Counted from the stretch's first letter, positions 28,013-41,039 are shown. The stretch is 64,000 bases of DNA from Octopus vulgaris (GCA_951406725.2 OX597821.1:100440001-100504000), one strand, 5' to 3'. A program made the numbers and translations. The notes: generated by a model not told the origin, from the letters alone.

Positions 28013-28819
28013 AGACACGGCTGACCGTTACTTAAATTAAAAACAAATGTTGGTAAATAATAAATTTACACACGATTCTAATGGGGAATGCTAACTAAAT
28101 TTTCGTATTTGCAGTTGGAATCTAAGTCAAAATTCTGATAACACTCATCATTCACTGCGATACACGTTTACTGTACACTTAACTACAAATTGCGGAAGAA
28201 AGCATCGCTAGAAAGGGTGGAGAGGATGTATATTCGTGATTACGGAATACAAGAGGTAGGAAAGACATTCATCATAGCAATATAACGAAGACAAGAGAGA
28301 GAAAAAAGAGGAAAAGAGAAAAGTTGCTGGGAGGAAGCAAGTCATTTATATTGACAGTATGTGGATGGCAGCTGATCGTTGTTTAAATAAATAAAATACA
28401 ATATAATAAAGTGAAAATGTGCGCAAGACAATCAGTGGACAAATTTGAGTTGCTTTACCAGTACCGAGAAAACACGCAAGAAAACAAGACAGTTTTCTAA
28501 TAGATTTCAGGCTTCTGTGAAACACCTTTGAAGGCGATTTAGCTACTTGAGAGCTTCTGACACAAATGCGTGTTACGAAAGAAAAGTTCTACATCCTTTA
28601 TCCATAGGATAGGATATTAATAAAGTTGTAATAAACTTGGAGAAAAATCGAAGAATTTTAAAGAAATTCTACCTAAAAATGTCCATTTCAAACTGGAAGA
28701 AGAATTAAGTTTCTTAGAATCAATTTGCTTTTGTGACGACATTTCGAAATTTGCAAATTTACCGAATTTATGAATCTAATGAGACGCTTATGCATAGTTT
28801 TTTATTTTTTGGTATATAT

Positions 28820-29070
28820 CTTTTATTTTTCACTTGTTTTAGTTATTAGGCTGCGGCCGTGCTGTGGCACCGCCTTGATGAATCGACCCTAGTGTTTCAT
28901 TTTTTAAAGTCTGGTACTTATTTCATCGGTATCGTTTGCAGAACCGCTGGTTTATGGGGACGTAAACATACAAACACCGGTTGTCAAGCGGTAGTGTGGG
29001 AGAAGCACAGAAACACAATACACACACACATACACACACACACGCACACACACACATACATGCATATATC

Positions 29071-29141
<71 letters not shown>

Positions 29142-29350
29142 TCAAAATGTGACGGAGTGTGTACCGTTGGCGATTTTTTTCCTCCGTCTTCCCTTCTTTG
29201 GATCTTTCCTTTTCCTATGTTTCTGACGAAGAGCTACGCTCGACACGTTAAACCCTCCTTCTTTCCTTCTTTACTGAGCGACCAATAATACTATACTTGT
29301 TCCACGTCCTCGCGTTGTTGTGTTTTCTCTTTGTGTTTTCATGTTTGGAT

Positions 29351-29395
<45 letters not shown>

Positions 29396-29520
29396 GACGG
29401 CCTTCCGTCTACCAAATCCATTCACAAGACTTTGGTAGAAGATACTTGGTCCAAGGTGTCACGCAGTGTGACTGAACCCTGAAGCATGTTGTTGGGAAGC
29501 AAGCTTCTTAACACATGGCC
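28820..29520 (-). mobile_element. SINE family A interrupted in its internal microsatellite by a PLE terminal repeat
   Basis: Tail at 28820-29050, head at 29390-29520, insert at about 29140-29355 between (TA)n tracts. Confidence 0.7.
29219..29253 (+). ncRNA. Hammerhead motif, CUGACGA core, GAAA mutated to GACA (probably inactive)
   Basis: gttt-CTGACGA-a-gagc(tac)gctc-GACA-cg-TT-aaac. Confidence 0.62.
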
Positions 29521-29894
29521 AGAACTATCCAAGTGAAATATACACGCAATTAGAGACTGGTGCGTTGGAAATCTATAAACCAACGACGCTAATGTTCACA
29601 ATTGTTATATAACATCAGCAACAAGAGCAACACCACCAGCATCAGTAACAATAATGGTTTCAAATTTTGGCTCAAGGTCAACACGTTCAAGGGTGGGGCT
29701 AAGTCGATTACATCGACCCCAGGGTTTAGCCGGTTCTTAATTTATCGCTCCCCGAAAGGACGGAAAGCAAAATCGACCTCGAGTAATTTGAACTCAGAAT
29801 GTGAAGATGAACGAAATGCTGCTAAGCATTTTGTACGGTGTTCTAACGATTCTGCCAACTCATCACCAACAGCATCACAACAACAACATCAACA

Positions 29895-30253
29895 GGATCA
29901 ATGTGAAAGAAGAAGAAAAAATAAACAACCATGGCGATTTGAAGTGGGAAATATTAAGGATGTGGTCAATGAAGAGAGTAAACGTGATAGCAATAGTAAT
30001 TGGCGCAGTTGGAAGTATCAGCTCTCAACAACCAGCATGGCTAATAAAGATTGGTGCAAGTGTGAAGGTAGAACACCTACACGAATCAGCATTGCTTGGA
30101 ACTGCGAGAATTCTTCGCAGGGTTCTTGAAGCATAACCAGTGAACAAGCGGCATCTGAGTCTGCTGGATGTGGACAGCTGACACTTTCTATGATACCCAG
30201 CAAAGTAAGCTGTGACTTTTCAAATAATGATAATAATAATAATAATAATAATG

Positions 30254-30335
<82 letters not shown>
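29895..30335 (+). mobile_element. 3' end of an R4/Dong-like LINE followed by long (TAA)n
   Basis: KEEEKINNHGDLKWEILRMW...VIAIVIGAVG...ESALLGTARILRRVLEA*, short 3' UTR, then (TAA)n at 30223-30335. Confidence 0.8.
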
Positions 30336-30336
<1 letters not shown>

Positions 30337-30733
30337 CCTTTCTGATATAGGCACAAAGCGTAAAATTTTGAGGGAAGGGATTAGTCGATTACATCAACAC
30401 CAGCGTTTCTCTGGCTCTTAATTTATCGACCCCGAAAGAGTGAACGACAATGTCGACTTCGGTGGAATTTGAACTTAGAACGTAAATGGGGACGAAATAC
30501 CTATTTCTTTACTACCAACAAGGGGCTAAACACAGAGAGGACAAAGAAGGACAGACAAACGGATTAAGTCGATTACATCGACCCCAGTGTGTAACTGGTA
30601 CTTATTTAATCGACCCCGAAAGGATGAAAGGCAAAGTCGATCTCGGCGGAATTTGAACTCAGAACGTAACGGCAGACGAAATACGGCTACGCATTTCGCC
30701 CGGCGTGCTAACGTTTCTGCCAGCTCGCCGCCT
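30335..30733 (-). mobile_element. SINE family B with 184-bp internal duplication
   Basis: cgaccccgaaag at 30427 and 30611; head ends ctgccagctcgccgcctt. Confidence 0.82.
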
Positions 30734-33349
30734 TAACAACAACAACAACGACGACGACAACGATGATGATGATGATGATTTAGTGATACAAGTTTATATT
30801 TTACCGTGTGATATAAATAAATTATGACATCTAATTTTAGAGCTGCCGTGATACATTAAAATGTTCGTGAACAGAGACACTAACAGTCAATGTTTCATGT
30901 TTTCTATTCATTGTTCTTGAAATATAAATCAATCGTGCAATTAATGTACAATGAATGAATATTTGAGAAATGTCCCTATTAGTAAATTGAAATAAATATA
31001 GTGTTTACTAAAATATAATATAATATCAACAAACGCAATCACACAACAATCACATACTGTTTTTGTCTTTTTTATTCTTTTTTTATTGTCGTTTTTAATA
31101 TTTTGTTTCTAATATTTTCTTAAGAAGTGAACGATGGATTTAGTACAAAGAGAATTTTTTTTGTATTTGATCACCTAACGACGTTCATTGAAGTTTTGAT
31201 TTTAAATCTCACCAAGGCCGGCTTTAATTTTAATCCCTCTGAATATATTCTTATAAAACGTCCTTATTAATTTGATGTGGAATCAATAATCTATTTCAGA
31301 AATAGACTTGCAACTAAGAAACACAATTTTCAATTTTCTATACTCCATATCTCCGTTTAACGCGTAATCAATTTAAATTACGGAGTTCTGTCCCTTTTCC
31401 TGCTTGCAAAGAATTCACATTAACCTAGATGATCTTTTTGTTTTCATTATAATTTCTCCTCGTGGAGTTTAGGTGTTTTTGCTCAATAAACACTCACAAT
31501 GCCCGTCCGCTGCCCTAACCACTGGGCCATTGCACCTCCACAGAGGTTGTTGCTGCTGTTCATGTCGTCGTCGTCGTCGTCATCACCGTTGTTGTTGCTG
31601 TTGATGTTGTTTAGCCCCGCGTCAGCCTCGACAGCGCAAATCTATTATCAAAGTTGTTTCGTTTGCCCATCTGTACAGCTACGATTGCATTATCGAATAT
31701 GTTCATGATTTTAAGACATCAATATTTCTTTTGGTGCGGATTTGGTTATTATTCCCAATATAAAGTATTTGACTCTATTTTAATTATTTCAATGGTTGTA
31801 TTATAATTCATTTTCTTTTCTCGCTTTTCTTTTTTTCTTTTTCGTTTTTCATCTATTTTCAATCAGTCTTGCTTAAAGATTTTTCTCCGTGTTGGCAAGT
31901 GAAAGTCTGTGTGTCAGAAGTCATACTTTACGTAATGAAAACACAGAAGATCAGAGTGTTAAACTTTAGAATATATGTCACACACAATATGGCTACGGAT
32001 CATAAAACAAACGGAACGATGAGATGTATAAAACTGCATTAACAGTTGAAAAGTAAGACAATAGCACAGCAAGTGAACGTCAATGGGGGCGGTAGATAGG
32101 ATGATTAGTTACATCATAAAAAAAAATGCCTGAGGCATTTAGTTACGGTCCTTAATGTTTTGAGTTCAAATTCCGTTAACGTTGAGTTTTCTTTACATAC
32201 TCACAAGGAGAGAAAAAGTAAACTTTCATTGAAGTCCTGGGGCCAATTTAATCGACTATATCCTTCTTGAAATTTGAATCTTGTGTCATAAATCAATAAA
32301 AAGGCGAGCTTCCAGAATCGTTAAAACAACGGGCAAAATGTTTAACGGCATTTCGTTCGTCTTTACGTTGTAAGCTCAAATTCAGCCGATATCACCTTTG
32401 CATTATTTCATCTTTCAAGGTTGATAAAATAAGTACCAGTTGAGCAATGTGGTCGATGTAATCGATTTGCTCCTCTTCCTGGAAAATGTTGAGATTTTAC
32501 CAAAGTTTGGAACCAACGTTTCGAGAGGTTTGGACTTCCGATATTTTATTCCTGGGTGTGTACATAGTACTAGGCATAATTAGAACTAGATATCTTTATT
32601 TCTGAACTATCTCCCAAAACCACTGATGTATGTGAATTTGATGGTATAGTTTTAGATTATTAAAAAAAAATTTGGGGGATGTTTAAAGGTAGCCATATTA
32701 CGCAGATGTCGGTACCAGACTTAATGGATCAAAGAAGAACTAAATATATTGCTTCTTTGAATTGTTCTAATTTTCAATTATGGAAATTCCATTCTATAAT
32801 ACAAATCAAAATGGTAAATTGCTATTCGAGGGATTCACGCGAATAATTGCAGATAACAATGTATATTGTTGATTAAACTCTAAATACAGTTTATAAATAC
32901 GATTATACGGTAATAATTTGTCATACTATTAATTATACTGTCCTGTGATTTTATATTAGATATATAATAGGAAGTTTGGACAAGCTAGTATTGCATTTAT
33001 TCCATGGTTTAAATTGTCTCAGCTACGTGTGGCTGACAAATCAAGCATCAAGAATGTATACATGAATGAGAACAAGTCCATTATGTAACGTATATTGCAT
33101 AATAACCTCCACAGACATTTAATCATAACCGAATGAACGAATGTAATACAAATGCAAGTTGATTATTTCGTATATTTAGAAAGAACCTGTCAATCTAAAG
33201 TTTGTTACCTTGGATTACAGGGAGAGGAGCCAATTCTAGAATTTCAACGAGAGAGTAGATAGATAAACTGTATTTTCAGTTATTATAGCTAGAGCCCTTC
33301 TCATATACGTGTAAATATAAGATATATATGTGTGTATGTATGTATCATG

Positions 33350-33390
<41 letters not shown>

Positions 33391-33422
33391 AATTGGAGTC
33401 AACATGGCGTACAGTTTTTAGT

Positions 33423-33460
33423 CACTACAATTGTTTCTACACAACGTAGTTCTCCGGGCG
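33423..33460 (-). ncRNA. Decayed hammerhead motif, left arm of inverted repeat
   Basis: Reverse complement cgc-CCGGAGA-actacgttgtgta-GAAA-caattg-TA-gtg. Confidence 0.5.
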
Positions 33461-33832
33461 TGCAGCTACTTGATGACGCAACCGTTTCCTTGCATTATGA
33501 GATCTAATTGTGTTTCATCAGGCGATATGTAAATATTATCTCCGTAAGTTCATATTCACGACTTCAAGACCATCCTCTCTGTCTGTCGTGGCCTGGAGTT
33601 AGTAGTAGCCACTAAGTTTTCAAAAGATGTGTTGTAGCTGAAGGTCTGTTGGCAAAATGCTTGTACATACAGTTACAACACATCTTTTGAAAACTCAGTG
33701 GATACTACTAACTCTATGCCGCAACAGACAGAGAGGATGTTCTTGAAGCCGAGAATATGAATTTACGGAGACAATATTTACATATTGCCTGAGGAAATAC
33801 AACTAAATGTCATAATGCTTCGAGTACCTGCA

Positions 33833-33870
33833 CACCTGAAGAACTACGTTGCGTAGAAACAATTGTATTG
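33833..33870 (+). ncRNA. Hammerhead motif, right arm of inverted repeat
   Basis: cac-CTGAAGA-ac-tacg(ttg)cgta-GAAA-caattg-TA-ttg; palindromic stem III ACAATTGT. Confidence 0.65.
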
Positions 33871-34362
33871 ATTGAAAATAAATGTCCAAATGTACTCCTT
33901 CTTGTTGACTCCAAATTTCTTTACTTATCTATTCACACACGACAGCAGCCTAAACGCAAACCTAGAAGTACCTATAATACTACTACTGGATAACACAGAG
34001 TGAAATTTGAAGGTGGATGAGCTTTATACTGTACACTACTACGTTCTTAACAGAATATACCATAACTATATATTATAGATAAAGGGTAAAGAATTATTAA
34101 TTTAATAATTAATAAATTTTACCAAGTAGATTCGATATGGAAAAATCATTATCGGTAAAAACTTATACAAAAAGAATTTTTTTATAATTATAAACATAAT
34201 TAAGGGATTAGCAAAAGGTTGCTTCACCACACACCGAAAATTTAGAAATAGCAGTCAGTTCTATATAAATTCGGAAGTGCTGTTTATCTTATGTTACATT
34301 CGATGTCGCTTGATTGAACGTGCATGCATTTTATTAGCACTTTCAAATGTATAATTTCAAAT

Positions 34363-34419
34363 ATCATGCTGAAGAAGGAAAGGAATTTTACAATTCTAAT
34401 CCCGAAACGCGTACATGAT
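34363..34419 (+). ncRNA. Hammerhead ribozyme motif, canonical core
   Basis: atcatg-CTGAAGA-aggaaaggaatt(ttac)aattctaatccc-GAAA-cgcg-TA-catgat: 6-bp stem I, palindromic ACGCGT stem III, GUA cleavage triplet. Confidence 0.82.
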
Positions 34420-34588
34420 TAATGAAGGCTGGTTGGTTTCGTTATTTTTTAAATTCTTGTTGCCTATGTGAGTTACGAATATTGCTGTCTGTGGAGATAT
34501 ATTGTAGTATAAGAATTAGTGATTTTGACTACTATTTCTAAATTTTCGGTATGTGGTGAAGCAACTTTTTGCTAATTTCTTAATTATG

Positions 34589-34732
<144 letters not shown>

Positions 34733-34756
34733 TTAATTTAGTGTAGTTGTGTATAT

Positions 34757-34800
<44 letters not shown>

Positions 34801-34825
34801 AATATACACAACTACAGAAGAGCTA

Positions 34826-35375
34826 CTAATTAAGTGTTTTATGATACATTAAATTGGCCGGTTTATATAACATGTCATATATCTCCAAGGATTCAGTCAG
34901 GCTGAGTTTATTGCGTTGTGAACTCAACCTGAAAGCTGGCTTGGAGATAGATGTTATGTTATATAAATCTGTCAATCGTCTCCGGGTAAGCTGGGGTACA
35001 GATTGTTTGCCCAATGTCATAAATATTTAACAATCACTTTCTCTATAGATGGTGTGGCTTATAGATTAAGCAGTGTTTAGCTGTGGCCATTACACTGCTC
35101 TACTGACTCCTGAGTTTATCCTTTTTCCCGAATACCTCAAAAAATGGCAGCAGGCTGTATTGTCTTCTCTTCCCATGGTAAACAGGATTCGTGTACGTAG
35201 AGATATCGAATTGTCTGCAAGTACTTTGACGTCTTCTTGCTTTGCCAGAGCATAAAGTGATCATCCATATATCTCAGCTACGCGATGGGTTTCAAAGCTG
35301 TAAGTTTTCGAGGTAGGCGTGAAAATACTTCGTCTAGAAGTGTGTTTGTCATTACTGGTGAATGTCAGGACATAG
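34826..35375 (-). pseudogene. Highly degraded PLE RT fragment, possibly with endonuclease tail
   Basis: Minus strand reads SPVMTN...LKPIA*LRYMDDHFMLW...ILFTMGREDN...LPF across frameshifts. Confidence 0.55.
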
Positions 35376-36070
35376 ACGGTGTAAAACAATAATACAAACA
35401 TAACACTACGGAATGGAATTTCTATAGTTGGTAAAAAAGAAAAAAAAAGCTTCCATAAAAACTAAGAGAAATTAGAGAAGCTATACATATAGCGTCTCAT
35501 GAAAATCTAATCAGTAAAGTTTAGCACTGACAAATTAATATCACTTCTTGTAGCAAACTAATTATATAACTAATTTTTTAAAAAACCAACAGTTTAGAAG
35601 CATAATTGATTCAGTAAAATTCATTTCATATAATTTAGTAAAAATAAATGACGAAAATATGTAACGTTAATTGTACATAGTTGAGTGACATACAGGATAT
35701 TCTTAGTTTAGAAATGGGAGTTCGTATTTAGTAACCCCACTGGTATTATCTTCATACTGATAAATACGATAAAATATCTGTTTGTAAGTATATTACATAC
35801 ATACATATATATGAGTGTGTATTTGTGTTTGTGTTATATAAGTGTATATATATATATAACACATACACATACACATACACACTCACTCACACACACACAC
35901 ACACACACACGCACGCACGCACGCACATGCATATCAAAAATAGAAATATTGCCTTTCTAAATCTCTCAAAGAGATATGTGTAGAAACAACACGATAAACT
36001 GATGGATAATACTACATGTACTTTTCAGATTTTTCATAGTGTGATGTAACTCTTTGGAATAACAATGCAT

Positions 36071-36161
36071 GCGCCTGAAGTGAGCTTTAAACCATCCTTT
36101 ATATCTATTATACACTGATGTAAGAATAGGTCGTTTATAAAGCTTGAAACATGTGTACCGC
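36071..36161 (+). ncRNA. Decayed hammerhead motif with long stem II
   Basis: CTGAAGT-gagctttaaac...gtttataaagctt-GAAA-catgtg-TA-ccgc. Confidence 0.55.
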
Positions 36162-36184
36162 GACATCATGTGTTTGCTTTTATT

Positions 36185-36248
<64 letters not shown>

Positions 36249-36366
36249 TGTAAATTTAGAGTGAATACTTGATAAGTGTAAGCACCTGTAAATGCCAGAT
36301 AGTGGCAGAGGTGAGAGACTACATCAAATGTAAATTAAAATTAAAAACAGAACACTAAAGATATCG

Positions 36367-36454
36367 CGGTAGACGTGTTTCAAGCTTTATAAACAATCTG
36401 TTATTACATCAGTGTATTATTGATATAAAAGATGGTTTAAAGCCTCTTCAGCCG
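36367..36454 (-). ncRNA. Hammerhead motif with long stem II
   Basis: Reverse complement cgg-CTGAAGA-ggctttaaac..(about 40 nt)..gtttataaagctt-GAAA-cacgtc-TA-ccg. Confidence 0.65.
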
Positions 36455-36577
36455 TAAACATTGTTAGTCCATGTTAGTCCACAGGGAGCTTTAAACCATC
36501 TTTTATATAAAAAATACTCATGTAGTTACGGATTGTTTTACATTCGTTTTTAATTTAAATATATATTTTATATATAT

Positions 36578-36636
<59 letters not shown>

Positions 36637-36642
<6 letters not shown>

Positions 36643-36903
36643 CATCTCATAAGGAGATTTTTATACTTCTCTTATTTTTCAAAATTGAGATAAACAAATT
36701 TCTTTTTTAATCTAAATGTAGGCGTAGGAGTGGCTGTGTGGTAAGTAGCTTGCTTACGAACCACATGGTTCCAGGTTCAGTCCCACTGCGTGGCACCTTG
36801 AGCAAGTGTCTTCTGCTGTAGCCTCGTGCCGACCAAAGCCTTGTGAGTGAATTTGGTAGACGGAAACTGAAAGAAGCCCGTCGTATATATGTATGTATAT
36901 ATA

Positions 36904-36939
<36 letters not shown>

Positions 36940-37375
36940 TTTGTGTGTCTGTGTTTGTCCCCCTCAACATCGCTTGACAACTGATGCTGGTGTGCTTACA
37001 TCCCATAACTTAGTGGTTCGGCCAGAGAGACCGATTTAATAAGTACTAGGCTTACAAAGAATAAGTTCTCGGCCGATTTGCTCGACTAAAGGCGGTGCTC
37101 CAGCAAGGCCACAGTCAAATGACCGAAACAAGTAAAAGAGAAAGAGAGTATGATCTTATTCATTTTCTCCAATGCATTTCCACTTATTTGGTAGACTTGC
37201 AAGGCCTGTCTTCCAAAATTCTCTTGTCTATAATGAAAAATACTCCTATTCTTACCTCGTTTACAAAATTCATATTTTTCCCGTCCATATGATTTTGAAG
37301 ACTGCGGAATAAATGATAATCAGATGGAGCATTGTCCGGTGAATATGTTCGGTGGCTTAAAGGATTTGGGGAGGA
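36637..37375 (-). pseudogene. Mariner transposase 3' remnant split by a SINE
   Basis: YSPDNAPSDYHLFRSLQNH matches the mariner YSPDLAPSDY motif; LPNKWKCIGENE C-terminus; TA-adjacent end at about 36637. Confidence 0.75.
36720..37150 (+). mobile_element. SINE family A, near full length
   Basis: Head and tail match the other copies. Confidence 0.82.
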
Positions 37376-37811
37376 GTGTCGCTTATGGTCGGGTGGCCCT
37401 TTCACGACTTACATGTCCTACATGAGTGAGGCATGGGAAATGGCGGGATACAGGAACTCAAGCGGCATTGAAGATAATGATGAATATATCGATGGATATA
37501 TCGAAGAGTAGAAGGTGAAAGACACTCGTTATAAGGTTTGAAACCTCATCTTATTGTATTATTTGTAGTGGTTTATAACCTCAATTGTGTGTTTTAAAAA
37601 AAAACATGTTAAGTAAGAGGTTTTAGTGCCTCCTTCTAGTAAGAGGTTTGAAGCCTCATATTGATTTTTAAAAACTGAAAATATGTTTTCGAGAAAAATC
37701 CAATCGTCTCTCATTTATTCATTCCATTTCATTTTCATTCATTAATGTGTTTGTCCAGCCCGCAAAGCTACACACTCTTTGTACTGTCTATGATGACAAA
37801 TTTTATGAAAT

Positions 37812-37953
37812 AAAGTAGCTTGCTTACCAACCACATGGTCCTGGGTTTAGTCCCACTGCGTGGCGCCTTAGGCAAGTGTCTTCTACTATAGCCTCGGGCC
37901 GACCAAAGCTTTGCGAGAGGATTTGGTAGACGGAAACTGAAGTGTGTGTGTGT

Positions 37954-37996
<43 letters not shown>

Positions 37997-38182
37997 ACCA
38001 TCGCTTGATAACCGATGTTGGTGTATCTACGTCCCCGTAACTTAGTGGTTCGGCAAAAAGAGACCTATAGACTAAGTAGTAGGCCTACAAAGAATAAGTC
38101 CTGGGGTCGATTTGTTCGACCAAAGGCGGTGCTCCAGCATGGCCGCAGTCAAATGACTGAGACAAACAAAAGAGTAAAAGGG
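37812..38182 (+). mobile_element. SINE family A
   Basis: Head and tail match the other copies. Confidence 0.8.
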
Positions 38183-38991
38183 TACCTGTAATGATTCATT
38201 TCTAAATATGAGCTTAACTGTCTGAAAAATTATATCCTTCGAAGCGGCAGCTCATAGATTTTAATCAACAATAACACATTGTAATCTGCTGCTACGAAAT
38301 ACGGTTATTTGCATGAATCCATCGAATATCAATTTAGAATTTCAATATCAACTATTTCCATCTATTTACGTTCGATAAAATGAATGCTTTTTATCCTTTT
38401 TTTGAAATTTTTATATACCTTTTTTTTTCTTTTACCTGCCAGTAAGTATATTGATGAAATATTATTCGCAGTTTACATATTTTACGTCTTATATTATGAA
38501 TTTGTAAAACCTGCATGAAACTTTTAATTGAATAGTCTAGTACCTTTCAGATTTCTGTTTACACAACAATAATAACCAACGATAACAACCAAAGCAATTG
38601 TTACATTATCAACAATAACTACAACAACAACATCTATTTTGTAATGTTTAGAAACAGTCACAGTATCCTATACTACAACCACATTCGGCATATAATCCAT
38701 TAATTCTCAGTAAAAACATTAGGTTAATAACAAATCTATTCATTCAGTATATTCTCCATAATGACATTATTGTTACGTCTCTTATAACAGTATTTTGCAA
38801 TTTCTATCACTTTGTCATACTTCCCTCTTGAAATAACTTATAATGTATAATATTAATATATACATCAGCAGCCCCGATTTGCAGTACATTTCTACATTAG
38901 GCAAACCCATCTGTATGTGTGCGTGTATATTATATAATTGGATAACTGAGTGTATTGTTTACACTCACACACACACACACACACACATATA

Positions 38992-39044
<53 letters not shown>

Positions 39045-39288
39045 GTATATGTGTCTCTGTGTGTGTGCGTATGTGTGTGTGTATGTCTCTTAGCTTAATG
39101 GTGCAGACTGGTCGGCCGGAATTCGAGAGATACAGGTTTCGACTCTCTGTAGAGACTTTCTGGACATTTAAAAAAAACTTTTTTAGCCGCTGGCGTGACT
39201 GTGTGCTAAGAAGTTTGCTTCCAAACCACATGGCCCCAGATTCACTCCAACTGCGTGGCACCTTGGGCAAGTGTCTTCTACTGTAGTG

Positions 39289-39360
39289 ATTAGGATTGTC
39301 TAGAGGTTAGGATTCTTAGCTTTCACACAGGCGGCCCGGGTTCGATTCTCGGCATGGGAA
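39289..39360 (+). pseudogene. tRNA-Glu(TTC) pseudogene lacking the 5' acceptor strand
   Basis: gtctagaggttaggattcttagct-TTC-acacaggcggcccgggttcgattctcggcatgggaa closely follows metazoan tRNA-Glu; 5' tcccat is replaced and the anticodon stem is mispaired. Confidence 0.75.
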
Positions 39361-39373
39361 CGCTTACTTTTTA

Positions 39374-39780
39374 TAGGCGCAGGAGTGGCTGTGTGGCACG
39401 TAGATTGCTAACGAACCACATAGTTCCAGGCTCAGTCCCGCTACGTGGCACCTTGGGTAAGTGTCTTCTACTATAACCTCGGGCCGACCAAAGCTTTGTG
39501 AGTGGATTTGATCGACAAACTGAAAGAAGCCCGTCGCATATGTGTGTGTGTGTGTATGTATGTATGTGTGTGTATATGTTTGTGTGTGTGTGTCCCAACT
39601 TCGCTTGACATCGATGCTCGTGTGTTTACGTCCACGTAACTTAGCAGTTCGGCAAAGAGACTGATAGAATAAGTACTAGGCTTACAAAGAATGAGTCCTG
39701 GGGTTGATTTGTTCTACTGAAGGCGGTGCTCCAGCATGGCCGCAGTCAAAATGACTGAAATTAATGAAAGAATAAAAGAA
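39374..39780 (+). mobile_element. SINE family A
   Basis: Full head and tail; extra fragments at 39188-39284 and 39781-39846. Confidence 0.8.
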
Positions 39781-39851
39781 TATAGCCTCAAGCCGACCAA
39801 GGCCTTCTTAATGGATTTGGTAGACGGAATATGAAAGAAGCCAGTCATATT

Positions 39852-39898
<47 letters not shown>

Positions 39899-39899
<1 letters not shown>

Positions 39900-40090
39900 A
39901 TTAATCAAAGGACATATTAAGTATGACTACCTGCTGGAAATAACAGTCAAAACGCTTATTTAAATCGTCAAACTACACTGATAGTAACTACTGATTTTTG
40001 TAGTTATTATCTGTAGTTTGACGATTTAAATAAGCGTTTTGACTGTTATTTCCAGCAGGTAGTCATACTTAATATGTCCTTTGATTAATT
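39899..40090. repeat. Perfect 79-bp-arm inverted repeat
   Basis: 39899-39977 is the exact reverse complement of 40012-40090; the spacer is also partly self-complementary. Confidence 0.9.
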
Positions 40091-40270
40091 TTAATTCTTC
40101 AGCTATTTAATGCTTTTTGGAGAACAGCAATCGCCTATATTATTGATTGGGTTATTATCATTTTTAATTGTTATATTAGATAATAAGAGATTCAATATCT
40201 TCGCAAATAATTTTTCTCTTGAATTATTTGCTCTGCATTGAAATTTTATGTATATATACATATACATACA

Positions 40271-40341
<71 letters not shown>

Positions 40342-40710
40342 GGTATATATATATGTGTGTGTCTATATCTGTGTTTGTTTCCTACCACAGCTTTACAACC
40401 GGTGTTGATGTGTTTACGTTGCAGTAACTTACCAGTTCGGCAAAAGAAACTGATAGAATAAGTACCCAGGCTTTTAAAACTTGAAATACTGGGGTTGATT
40501 CGTTCGGCTGAAATTTTTCAAGGCGGTGCCCCAGCATGACCGAAGTCTAATAACTAAAGCAAGTAAAAAAATAAAAGATCAAGACGTGTGTGTGTCTACG
40601 TATACATTTATATGTTATATGTGTGATTAGCGATATACCTATATATGTATATGTATATGTATATATGTACATATATATATGTATATAATGTATGAATATA
40701 TATATATATA

Positions 40711-40986
40711 CAGAAGAAACATTCTTATATGCAACTTAAAAACTTACACTTGTAAACATAAAAACACAAATAACATGACAATAAACACGCACACACATAT
40801 ACATGCACACATACATATATGCACACACACATACACGCACACGTACATGTATACACATCTACGTGTATATATATACACGTAGATGTGTGTGCATGTATGT
40901 GTATGTGCGTGTTTTTTGTCATGTTATTTGTGTTTTTATGTTTACAAGTGTAAGTTTTTAAGTTGCATATAAGAATTTTTCTTCTG
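40711..40986. repeat. Fold-back inverted duplication centred on (TA)n
   Basis: cagaagaaa.attcttatatgcaacttaaaaacttacacttgtaaac... is mirrored at about 40905-40986; centre acacatctacgtg(ta)n cacgtagatgtgt. Confidence 0.85.
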
Positions 40987-40988
40987 CA

Positions 40989-41039
<51 letters not shown>

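Noticed and set aside
27734-28024. Poly-Lys ORF
   Set aside because: (AAG)n microsatellite.
33465-33525. Second CTGATGA...GAAA on the minus strand inside the large inverted repeat
   Set aside because: No credible stem I or stem II pairing.
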